Below are positions 1 to 11,116 of a stretch of 64,000 nucleotides of DNA, piece by piece. The notes below the pieces were generated by a model. The model was given only the letters and a program-made list of their open reading frames with translations. It did no database searches and had not been told where the DNA came from. Positions within the stretch are counted from its first letter, which is position 1; the number at the start of each line of letters is the position of its first letter. Location: contig CM119268.1 in the NCBI GenBank assembly GCA_051294375.1, positions 18,866,615 to 18,930,614 of the forward strand, given 5' to 3'. The translations under genes and the position numbers were made by a program. Origin of the DNA: Paraspadella gotoi. Lineage: Eukaryota; Animalia; Chaetognatha.

Positions 1-1431
1 CGCCGTCACTCTCTGCTGCTTCTTCTCCGCTGCCAGCTTTTTCTGCCGCAGCCTCTCTGCCGCCGCTTTATCCGCGCCTTCCTTCTCCGCCATCGCCTTC
101 TCCGCCGCTTCCTTCTCTGCCGCTTCCTTCTCCGCTGCCGCTTTTTTTCCGCCGCAGCCTTTTCTGCCGCATTTCTTTACCAGCTGCCACGCTTTTTCCG
201 CCGCTGCTTCTCTTGCCGCCACTTTCTCTCGCAGCTTCTTCTCCGCCGCTTCCTTCACCGCTGCCACTTTCTCCGCCGCTTGCTCTCCGCTGCCTTTTCC
301 CTTCGAAATCCGCGGTTGGCTTTGTTGTTCTTTATCGCCGTTAAGATTAATGCGTCTCTTTCCGCTTTGGTCGGTTTCCGCTTTTTGGCGGCGTCGTCAT
401 CGGCGATGGCGTTGGCGTCACCCTCCGTCGGCGTCCGGAGTGGGCGTTGCCTTTGGCTCTTTCTTCCCTTTGTCTTATCTCTTCGCTGTCCTTGTCGAGA
501 TCAAAACTCTTCTTTGACAAAGATCTTTGTCGCTGAGGCTGTTGGGGTCACGATGTCGTTCAACGAACGGTTTAGGTGTAAAGTGATTCTTCACGAACCG
601 CGTTTTTTCAGATTCCATTTTGTTCTTTAAAATCTCCTTTTCCTTCTTCGTTTATTCCTTTCCTCCTTTTCCAATTTTTCCTCTCTTTTTCCTCTTTTCT
701 ACTTCTTTCTCTTCCGCTTTCCTCCGTGTCCTTTTCGGCTAATATCTCTTCAGTCTCCGCCTCCTTTCTTAGCTTCCTTTCTCCTTTTTCTTCCTCGTTC
801 TCTCTTCCCGACTTTCCCGCACTGGTAAATTCTTCCACCAAAATCGGTTTCGTCGTCGTTATCAGTCGTCTCTTCGTCGGCTTCGTCTCGTCGGTAACTT
901 TGTCGGTGTCGAGCGTTCCGTCGACGGTCGAGCCCGACGTCGCAACGACGTCTTCTACGGAATAAGCGTCGACTTCTGAAACTCATTTCAGAAACGTTAT
1001 CGAGGGCTTCCCACTTTTTTCTTTTTCTTTTCTTCTTCTTTCCAGTTTTTGTTTTCGGGTTGAGCGGCGGGTCGGCTGCGGAGCTCTGTCGGCAGCGGCA
1101 TTGTTGCGTCTGCGCGGCGTTGTCGTCGTCGGCGCTGTCAACTTTGTTCCACACGTCGTTGGCAAGAAAAGAGATTCGCTTTCCCGCCACTCGGCGTCAT
1201 CGCATCGCCTTCAACGGCCGGCATCGGCCGCGTGGGGCCCTCATCAGTTGGCAAAGTCGTTGGTCCAGTCGGATCGGATCGTCTTTAGCGGCCGACACTG
1301 CCGGCGACGCAGCTGCTTGACGCTGGCCGCCGTCGCTGCCGACCTTGCAGCCGACGCAGCCCCCGACTCTTTTTGGCTTCTCGCTTTCCTCTTCGGCTTT
1401 TTGTTCGGCATTTCCTCCGGTTGGATTTTAG
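1..1431 (-). CDS. 5' portion of the giant exon including its splice acceptor
   Basis: On the minus strand a (CT)n polypyrimidine tract and TTCCCTTCAATGTCTCAG precede AK(T)PTEEMPNKKRRGK..DDAEWRE..LANDVWNKVDSADDDN..VEEFTSAGKSGRENEEEKGERKLRKEAETEE and the start of the AAEK repeat. 1-1185 is a direct copy of ~9945-11118. Confidence 0.72.
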
Positions 1432-1471
1432 CTGAGACATTGAAGGGAATAATTCAAGAAGGGGAATGAGG

Positions 1472-1527
<56 letters not shown>

Positions 1528-1821
1528 TTATATATATATATATATTATATATATATTATTCCCTCAATGTCTCAGGCTAAAACTCCAACGGAGGAAATGC
1601 CGAACAAAAAGCGAAGAGGAAAGCAGAAGCCAAAAGAGTCGGGGGCTGCGTCGGCTGCAAGGTCGGCGGCAGCGACGGCGGCAGCGTCAGCAGCTGCGTC
1701 GGCGGCAGTGTCGGCCGCTAAAGACGATCCGATTCCGACTGGACCCAACGACTTTGCCAACGATGAGCCCCACGCGGCCGATGCCGCCGTTGAAGGCGAT
1801 GCCGATGACGCCGAGTGGCGG
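1185..1821. repeat. Short inverted repeat (arms ~1185-1453 and ~1555-1821) around a (GA)n-(TA)n spacer
   Basis: gctgagacattgaagggaataat versus attattccctcaatgtctcagg, with the match continuing to the gap. Confidence 0.9.
1576..1821 (+). CDS. Fold-back copy of the start of the giant exon
   Basis: CAG|GCTAAAACTCCAACG.. gives AKTPTEEMPNKKRRGKQKPKESGAASAARSAAATAAASAAASAAVSAAKDDPIPTGPNDFANDEPHAADAAVEGDADDAEWR. It is the reverse complement of ~1185-1431 and ends at a 25-N gap. Confidence 0.7.
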
Positions 1822-2642
1822 NNNNNNNNNNNNNNNNNNNNNNNNNAAAACCACGAGAGAGATATTTTCCTCTTCCCTTTCCCCTTTCAACCTCTCTTTC
1901 ACCCGATCTTTTCTTTTCCCATTTTTTCCTAACTAATGTACTTGCTGCATTCCCGTCTGGTTTTTCCTTCACCCGTTTTCTGTGTCTTTGTGCTTTGTTT
2001 GACACTTGCATAATTCCGCATTTCCGCCGACTTCTTCTTTACTCTTCCTTTTTATTTTTTTAAAAAACCTTTTCCCCTTTATTACTCATATTCATTTGCT
2101 AAGCAATCCCTTTCATTTTTTTAGCTTTCTCCGCTCACCTATTAGAGAAATCTCAATCGTAAATGAACGATCATTATTTTTTTTCTTTCTTAAAATTCTC
2201 ATAAGATTTTTAAATTTTATGGTTCATAATTGTGTTTAGTCAGTCATCACTTAGAAATGCAGTCAACTGTGATCCACAAACTCGATGCGGCATAGGTCGT
2301 GTAATCGATGTTTACTTTAGTATAACTACATATAAGTCAAACTATAACCTTTTGTTCATACTTGTGCTTTAAAAGTGATAATTAGAAATTTCTACGTATT
2401 TTTATTATGCAGAAAATAATGAAATACATTTTAGAATTAGAATTTAGAATTTAACAAAAAGACAGTAATTTATGAAAATATTTTTATTTTTAATGAGACA
2501 AACAAATTCGTCAGGATTTCATAATCATCCTTCATCATCTTCTTCCCTCAATTCTTCTATCATTTAATCCTCATCCTCATCATTTTCTCCTCATCCTCAT
2601 CATTTTCTCCTCATCCTCATAATCCATTTTTTTTCCCATCAG

Positions 2643-3102
2643 GCCACTTCCCTCATCGCGGGTCCGACCAAAGAGATCATGGCGATCCAAGAGAAGATCG
2701 GCGCCACGCCATCGCGGCAGGGGAATACATGGTCGACTGCAAAAGCATTCCTACATGCAGTAATCACTTTTGGTTGGGCCGAAAGAATTTTCAAGGTAGC
2801 CCGAGATTCTTTCCTAGTATCTTTTATTTTAAGTCTGTTCATAGTCAGATATCTCTGTCTGTCGTCTCATTGTCCATCTCTCCTTTTTCAATCTCCCGCC
2901 ACTCCAAACAACGCAATCTTCACAAGTTGAGCCCGCAAGAGTACGTCCTGAGGGTGACGAACCTAGGACAGACATGTCTCTCCGGATTTATGGGCATCCG
3001 ACATTCCGGCGGGCTCTGGATTCTGGAACGTCCTTCATCGGGCCCTACTACACAGAGTTTGACTTTGCGAAACAAGCGGGTCGGTTCGCTAAGACCAAGT
3101 GA
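2643..3102 (+). CDS. CTSD: Mirror copy of cathepsin D-like exons 8-9 (2643-2795, 2927-3102)
   Basis: [33 protein letters not shown] and [48 protein letters not shown]. It is the reverse complement of 18949-19417 with indel errors. Confidence 0.85.
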
Positions 3103-5451
3103 ACGATTGCGGAAACTCCGAAATAAAAAAAAGTAGGAAGAGGGAGTGATCAACGAACAAACTATGGAACGAAGAATTGAATTTCTTGAGATCGAGTTAT
3201 CAAAGTTGAAGAACAATAAGAAGAAATTCGTGATAGCTAGTGTAGGTAGAAACTAATGAAGTAAAATTTCTTTTTTTTTTAATGTGAAAGGAAATGTGGT
3301 GCCTTTTTTAAAAAACATTGTTTTCCCAGACTAAAAGAATTTTTTTGTGTGTTAATATCGAAAAAAGTCACAAGATATTTTATAAATGTTACTAGTTTTT
3401 TAATTAAGTGAATTTAGGCAATAAAAAGAGAACAATAACTTTTTATCTATGTAAATCGAGAGAAAGGTTGCTGGTTTAATCCCAGTAGGGAATTGTGTTT
3501 TTCCTTTCTCATTGTGACAAAACCGGTTTGAGAGCAGATTTATGTTTCCCTGAAAACTCAAGATATTTTTTGCGATAATAAGATAATTGAAAAAGAAAAA
3601 GTTCGTCAAGACGACTTTACAATAATTAATGTCAGAAACAGCGATTTTTTCATTCCTGAGGTAGTTTGTTTCAGTTGGATTGTTTATAAATAAACTACAC
3701 CAGGTATTAACGAAGGCATATATTTACTTTCCATTTTGATCGATTGTTCTTCAATTTTTATTGAACAGTTTTTCCTTAATGACAGAAATCCGTTCGGGAT
3801 ATAATGAAAAAATCTCAGTCAAACAAAAGCCGACACCAAAGCGATTGACGAAAGTAATTACATTTATTTATTCAAATTCTTTGCTTTCTCTAATACCAAT
3901 AAACAACGAAAAAAGAAAGGTTATCGCATCATATTTATTAATTATAAATTATGTTTAGTAGGCTGAACCAGCCTTAGAAAGCGATAGAAAAGACCAAACG
4001 CCTCCAAACGGAAAGCAACCAACAACTGGAAACTTCGGTGTCCCTACACCTGACAAGATTCTAAAATCCAAATATCTATAATAGAGACTATGCGTCAAGT
4101 AGTCAGAAGCGCCCGATACAAGGTGAGTCGTCAGGGGGAACGTTTTATATTCGTATAATAAGAAATTATTATAATCGCTTATTAAAATTCAAGACGAAAA
4201 GTTTGACTTTCATGCCCGACGTTACGATTCGAATGACGGAATTAATTTTGGCGCGAAAGGATTAATTTGTTCTTTAGAGATATAAAACTACATCCACAGT
4301 TTTCCAATCGTGAAGTTTTTTTTTAAATAAATTTTGTTAGTTTTTTATCCTAGTTAGCAAAGAAAAATTATGAATATCCAACGAACTAAAAAATATCGCA
4401 CCATCGATAGAAAACTTTGCATGTTTTGCCCGTTGCTTCGTTCTGTCATGTCCGGTCAGTTGGTCGGTCGTCGGTCTGTGGTGGGGGGGGTCTTTGTCGA
4501 CCGCTTCCTACACACTAATTTGACTTTATGAAAAAAGGAAACAGATCGCGAAAACTGAAAAAGACTGAGAGAAAGAAGATAAAATAATGATTAGGCGCAA
4601 AAATTGGCAAAGAAATGGCCAAAAATTGGCAAAGAACTGGCCAAGAATTGGCAAAATTTTGGTGACGACACGGCTATAAATTTTTAAAGGTTCGATAAAA
4701 GATTATACCAATAAAGTTTAAGGATTAAAAAAAGGAATAGTTTAAAGCCTTAAAGTTAAATTTTACAAAATGTATTAAATGTAATTTAGTTGGATTAAAG
4801 AGAAACGCGATTTTTTTATAGTGTGTTACGTGAAATCACAAATAAATGAAATGTAATTCGAAAAATGTATTAAATGAATAAATGGAGTTGCTATGTTTAA
4901 TCACCTTGTTTAAATTTTAAAGTATTATGTTTTTTAAAAATTTGGGTGAAATAAAAAAAATTCTCGGTACCTCCAGCCGAGTTTTAAAAAACATTTCCCT
5001 TTTTTATAAACATAAATTGAGAAAACTAAAAATTTAAAATGACTGAATCTATTTTCGCGTGACTCAAGTTTTGTATTTTTTATCAGAATTTCGGAATGAA
5101 ATATTAGAATCATGATTAAAAAGAGAGGAGAAAAAACCCAAAACAACAAAGAACAGACGTGACTTTAAGGCAGAGAGTTTCATTTTTTCCTAAAAAAGAA
5201 CTGAATGGAAAATGATGAGAGATACATATTTTTTTGAACTGAAAAAAAATATTTTTTTTGTGATCCACCGAAGGCAAAAAATATTTCTCTCTCTCTCATC
5301 TCTCATCTCTCTCTCTCGTCTTCTCTCTCTCTCCACTCTTTAAACTCAAAAACGCTCCGTAAAAATCAAAACAACTCTTGTTCTAACGCGGTAACTCAGT
5401 TTTAATTTTTGCTCTTCGCGCTCAATTCATAGAATGTGATCCACCGAAGGC

Positions 5452-5487
<36 letters not shown>

Positions 5488-5502
5488 CTCTCCTCTCTCT
5501 CG

Positions 5503-5533
<31 letters not shown>

Positions 5534-5538
5534 CTCAC

Positions 5539-8500
5539 CCCGTCCAAACTCTGCGTCAACGCGCGGCGCAGCTGGAGGTCTCACGCGGGGCACCGATTCC
5601 ACTCGGCCGCCTCTTGGAGGATTCTAAATCTGTCGGGTGCCGACCGGAAAACTTCCGGCGACGAACGACTTCATCCTCGATCCGGCGCCGACATTTTTCG
5701 CACCCAAAGGAACCAGTAATCCGGCCGCGTCCGTCCGATAGGTGGCGGCGGCGTCGCGCTTTACCCGCCAAAGCCGACGGCGTCAATCGGCGGCTTGGCG
5801 GCGTCGGTGGCGGATTTTCTCCGGTAGTGTGCAGGATCGCCCCGCCGGTGGCGAAACTCGGCGACGTGGCGGCGACTGAAGCGGCGAAGGCGTCGTGACG
5901 GTGGGCGTGTCAGTTTCCCGCATTAGGGAGTCGAACGCCTCCTGATCTTTTTCAACTGCTCCATGTTTTCTCCTTCTTCGCCTCGATCTTCTGCAGTCTC
6001 TCGGATGATCGTCTTTGGGCGTCGGCCAGAAGCGGCCCGGGCGAAAGCCTTTTGGCAAGGACCGTTTGACCGACAGAGCGTTTGTCGGTCGAAGGACGAA
6101 AGAGTCGTTTGTCGCTCGATGCCGTTGACGGAGGTTTGAGCAAGAAGCTTGTCGGTTTTGTCGGTTAATAATTCTCTCGGTTTTCGTTTTTTCTTCGTCA
6201 GGAATCAAATGTTTTTTGCGTCGACGAAAATCGGCAGAACGAATCTTCGACGTCGGCGATCGTCGTCGTCTTCTCGTCGTCGTCGTCGTTCTTCTCCGTC
6301 CTCTCACGCAGCAGAGTGATATCGCGAAATCTTCCGACTCAGACTCTGAATCGAGATCCTTCGCCGAAGGAGCTGCGAATGGGCTGCTGCTGTAGCGGCC
6401 GCTGTAAGCTGCTGCCGGAGTGGCTGCTGCTTCAGCTGCAAGACTCGCCGAGTTGGGAGATTTCTCGATGACTAATTCCTTCATTAGTTTTTCTGCACCT
6501 CTTCCGCTCGCCCACCCCGACGCCCCTCTTCCACCCTCCCGTACAGCCAAACCACCCTAACGACATCTTGGCGGCGGTTGGAGAAATCCTCCACTTTCGC
6601 GGCGAGGTTTTTCTTCTTGGCGGCGACGGGCGGCGGCGGAGGTTTGGCGGAAATGGGAACATCCGTGGCCAGTCGGGGCCAACGGCCCGTTGGGTTGGTT
6701 TGGCCGGCGAAGGGCTTGCGTTTTGTTCGTTTTTTTTCGCGTTTGGTTAAGTGTGTTGTTCTTGTTCCTCTTCCGTTCGTTTCTCAGTTGTTCTTGTTCC
6801 GTTTGTTTTCATGTTTCGTCTCCTCCTTCTGCTCATACTTTCTTCCCCTCCTCCGCCCTTTTCGTCGTCGACGTTAATTATTCACTTCTTTGCCTCTCAA
6901 TTTTCGAGTACAGGTCGGTCCGACCCAAAATCTTCTTTCTCCCGTTTCCCTTCCTTCGATCCTTCGATTCACTCGGCGATGACGTCACCGAAGCCTCTTG
7001 TTTTCTTCGTCCGGCACCGCCGCCGCTGCTGCAGCGTCGACTGCGGGCGGAGCTTCGGCCGCTGTTTCGCTGTTCTCTTGTTTTCCTCAATCCTCGCGAC
7101 GATTGCGACCTCAAGCGGAATTTCTCAAAGCTTCGCCGCGACGGGTAAGGGGCTTTGGGTAAGTCCTCTCCGCTCTGCAGCGCTGCTGTCGCTCAACCTT
7201 CGGCGAGATCAACCGTTAATTCCTCCGGCGTCATTTCTTCCTGAGAAAATCCGGTTTGGGTGGATCGGCGGCGGCTTGGCGTCTTTCGCGTCTTTCGCGT
7301 CTTTCGCCGGAAGCAATTTTCAACTTCGACCCGGCGTGGCTCCCAATTCAATCGCGCGCCGTCGGGTCGCGGAATCGTCATCGCGGCGCCGCGACGCTTC
7401 CGACGATTTCAAGTGCTGTCAACGTGACCGGATGTTCGTACGTTTTCGCGTTCGCGCGAAGAACGCGCGCGCTCTTGATCCGATTTTCTAGGTCGAGGGG
7501 CGCTGGAGAAGGCGGCGCGGCCCGCGAGCGTCTGGAGCGGCCGCAGGAGCGACCGCAGTGGCGCCGACACTCCAACGGCGCTAAAGACTCCTTCCCATCC
7601 AGGGGGGGGGGGTGAAAAGTTCACTGTGGTTTGTCCGTTGTTTGAATGATGATGATCTTGGGGTAAAATTGGCGAATTTTCGGGTAGAGATTTCCGAAAT
7701 TTGAAATTCCATTGAAGATTCCACTTTGTCCTCGTTTTCTACCTCTTTTTCCTTAACATCAATCATTCCTTTCCTCTTTCCCTTCCTCCTCTTCTCTCTT
7801 GACAACTGCCACCATAGTTCTTCCTCTACTCCTCCCTCTCCTCCTCCCATTTCCCTCTCCCTCCCTCCTCCCTCTCCTCCTCCCTCTTCCTCTCCTCTCT
7901 CCTCCTCCTCTTCGCGCCACCGCGACCGACGTTTTAGCGAACGATCGAAGTCAAGAGTTTCATTGATCTCTTCCTCAACTGCTCCATGATCTCTTCGGCG
8001 AGGCGGTCGCGAAGGCGACGGTGTCGTTTGGGGTGCCCGATCGCGTGGAGTAGCTGGAGGCGGAGTCCGTCGGCGTCCCGGCGTCGACGGGCAGCGTCTT
8101 TGGAAGACGATGGAATTTCGATTGGATCGGAGGGCGACGGCGGTGCGTTGTGGTGGTTGATTCTTTGAGGTCGCTCGTGTGGATTTTTTGAATAAACGTT
8201 CTTCATACGTCGATGAACCGTCGACGATGTCGAGGCCACGTCCGGCGGCGTCTCATCGCGTCTTCGTCGAAAGCGCCATCTTTGACGCCGTCCGTCGGCG
8301 GCCGAAGTCCCAAATACATCTCTCTGTCCGGCGCCACCGGACGTCCTCGCTCTCTCGGATGCTCTCGATCGACTCTGTCTCGCGATTCGTCGTGGCGTGT
8401 CGAACGATTCCGAGCAAAGATTCGAATCGCTACATTTTTTTCTTCTTCGATTTCGTCGCTTTTTTCGTCGAGTTCGTTTTTTTTCGTCTCGATCTCCTCG

Positions 8501-11116
8501 ACGATTAAAAGTTTCCAAGTTCCCCTCGTTTTTTCGTCAAATGAGGAGACAAAGCTCGTCTTTCTCAGCGACGTTTTCGTCGTCGCCGTCGTCGTCCACA
8601 CTCGATTCCGGACAAAACTGGTTTGGCTTTGATTCTCAGCCCAGAAGCGAAAGGACGACGCGGAATTTTGAGGGCTTTTCGGGTTCGAGTTCGCAGAGCG
8701 GGCGAAATCGCGTCAGGTTTCCCGCTTTCCTAAGTTTCGGTTTCGACTCCTAGACGAAGGCCACCCGTTTCTCGAGTTCGGAGTCGTCTCCAAGACGAGG
8801 ATCCGGTTTTGCGTCGACTTTGACATTAATTCCCCCGAATTCGTCTCATCGTTGCGTCAGTTGAAAATCGAACGGAGTTTCGAATCGAGATTGGAATCGA
8901 GACTCGGAATTATCGATTTTTTTTTTGATCGGCGATCGAGTCGAGGAAATCTTGTTTGTAATCGGGACTCTCCGAGTTTAGAATCGGATTCTTTTTTTGA
9001 TCGCAGCACGTCCATCGATCGTCGTCATCGTCGTCGTTATCGTCGCGTCTCTGAACTCGTTTCGATCTCGAGATCGAGAGGAATCGTGTACTGAAGAAAG
9101 TGCGACCGAATTAGAGATTGGCGCGGTGTGGACAAACCGATTCATCATTTTGATCGGGTATCGCGGATTCAATTTAGTCCTCAGATGAATTGATAGTTCA
9201 GGAGAGGTTGTCCTTCTATAGAAAATTTTCAGATGGAGATGCACATTCATTTTCACAGCCAATGAAGTTTCTAGTGTCTACTTCTAAAAACAACGTCCAT
9301 TTACAGCACCTTTTTGTTTCATCTGACACTGCCCTTCTCGCCGCTGCCTTCTCCGCTTCGGCCTTCCACCGCCGCCGCATATTTTCTGCAGCTGTTTTCT
9401 CTCGCCGCCTCTTTCTTCTGCAGCTGCTTTTCTGGCGTCTTTCTCTGCCACTGCCTTCTCCTCTGCCTGCTCAGCTGCTGCCTTTTCCACTGCTGCCTCT
9501 CTGCCACTACTTATCCATTTTCACCTTCTCTGCCCGCCTGCCTTCTCTGCAGCTTCTTCTTCTCTGCACCTCCTTCTCTGCAGCTGTTTTCTCCACAGCC
9601 TCTTTCACTTTCCGCTGCCTTCTCCTCCACTCCTTCTCCTCCGCGCTGCTCCACTACCGCCTCTTGGCCGCTGCCTTCTCTGCTACTGCCTTCTCCACTT
9701 CTGCCTTCTCCGCCGCTGCCTTCTCTGCAGCTGCTTTATCTGCCACCTGTTTCTCTGCAGCTCTTTTTCCCACCCCTTTTTCTCTGCACAGCTTTCTCAT
9801 CGTGCCTCTTTCTTGCGCTGCCTCTCCGCTGCCTGTTTCAACTGCCGCTCTCTCCCCGCTCCTTCTCCGCTGCTTTCTTCTCTGCTTCCACTTTCTCTGC
9901 TGCCGCCTTCTCTGCGCCGCTTTCTCCGCCCTTCCTTCTCCGCCGTCACTTCTCTGCTGCTTCTTCTCCGCTGCCGCTTTTTCTGCCGCAGCCTTCTCTG
10001 CCCGCCGGCTTTATCCGCGCTTCCTCTCCGCCATCGCCTTCTCCGCCGCTTCCTTCTCTGCCGCTTCCTTCTCCGCTGCCGGCTTTTTTTCGCCGCAGCC
10101 TTTTCTGCCGCTTTCCTTTACCGCTGCCCGCTTTTTCCGCCGCTGCCTTCTCTTGCCGCCACTTTCTACTCGCAGCTTCTTCTCCGCCGCTTCCTTCACC
10201 GCTGCCACTTTCTCCGCCGCTAGCCTTCTCCGCTGCCTTTTCCCTTCGAAATCCGCGGTTTGCTTTGTGTTCTTTATCGCCGTTAGATTAATGCGTCTCT
10301 TCCCTTTGGTCGTTTCCGCTTTTTTGGCGGCGTCGTCATCGGCGATGGCGTTGGCGTCACCTCCGTCCGGCGTCCGGAGTGGGCGTTGGCTTTGGCTCTT
10401 CTTCCCTTTGTCTTATCTCTTCGCTGTCCTTGTCGGAGATCAAAACTCTTTTCTTTGGACAAAGATCTTTGTCGCTGAGGCTGTTGGGTCACGATGTCTC
10501 AACGAACGGTTTTAGGGTAAAGTGATTCTTCCGAACCGCGTGTTTTTTCAGATTCCATTTTGTTCTTTAAATCTCCTTTTCCTTCTTCGTTTATTTCCTT
10601 TTCCTCCTTTTTCCAATTTTTCCTCTTCTTTTTCCTCTTTTCTATCTTTCCTCTTCCGCTTTCCTCCGTGTCCTTTTCGGCTAATATCTCTTCAGTCTCC
10701 GCCTCCTTCTTAGCTTCCTTTCTCCTTTTTCTTCTCGTTCTTCTCTTCCCGACTTTCCCGCACTGGTAACATTCCTCCACCAAAATCGGTTTCGTCGTCG
10801 TTATCAGTCGTCTCTTCGTCGGCTTCGTCTCGTCGGTAACTTTGTCGGTGTCGAGCGTTCCGTCGACGGTCGAGCCCGACGTCGGCAACGACGTCTCTAC
10901 GGAATAAGCGTCGACTTCTGAAACTCATTTCAGAAACGTTATCGAGGCTTCCCACTTTTTCTTTTTCTTTTTCTTCTTTTTCCAGTTTTGTTTTCGGGTT
11001 TGAGCGGGGGGTCGCTGCGGAGCTTGTCGGCAGCGGCATTGTTGCGTCTGCGGGCGTTGTCGTCGTCGGCGCGTCAACTTTTCACAACGTCGTTGGCAAG
11101 AAAGAGATTCGCTTTC
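5539..11116 (-). CDS. Inverted, indel-rich copy of the giant exon
   Basis: Reverse complement of 11117-16565 plus ~100 nt of extra upstream exon sequence. The same peptide blocks appear in shifted frames (KLMKELVIEKSPNSASLAAEAAATP; DQEAFDSLMRE; DRLAEEIMEQL). Confidence 0.75.

Noticed and set aside
1567-1575. ATG at 1567 as the start codon of the giant protein
   Set aside because: It lies inside the polypyrimidine-CAG acceptor context, and in the minus-strand copy it is out of frame with AKTPTEEM. A splice acceptor is more likely, though not proven.
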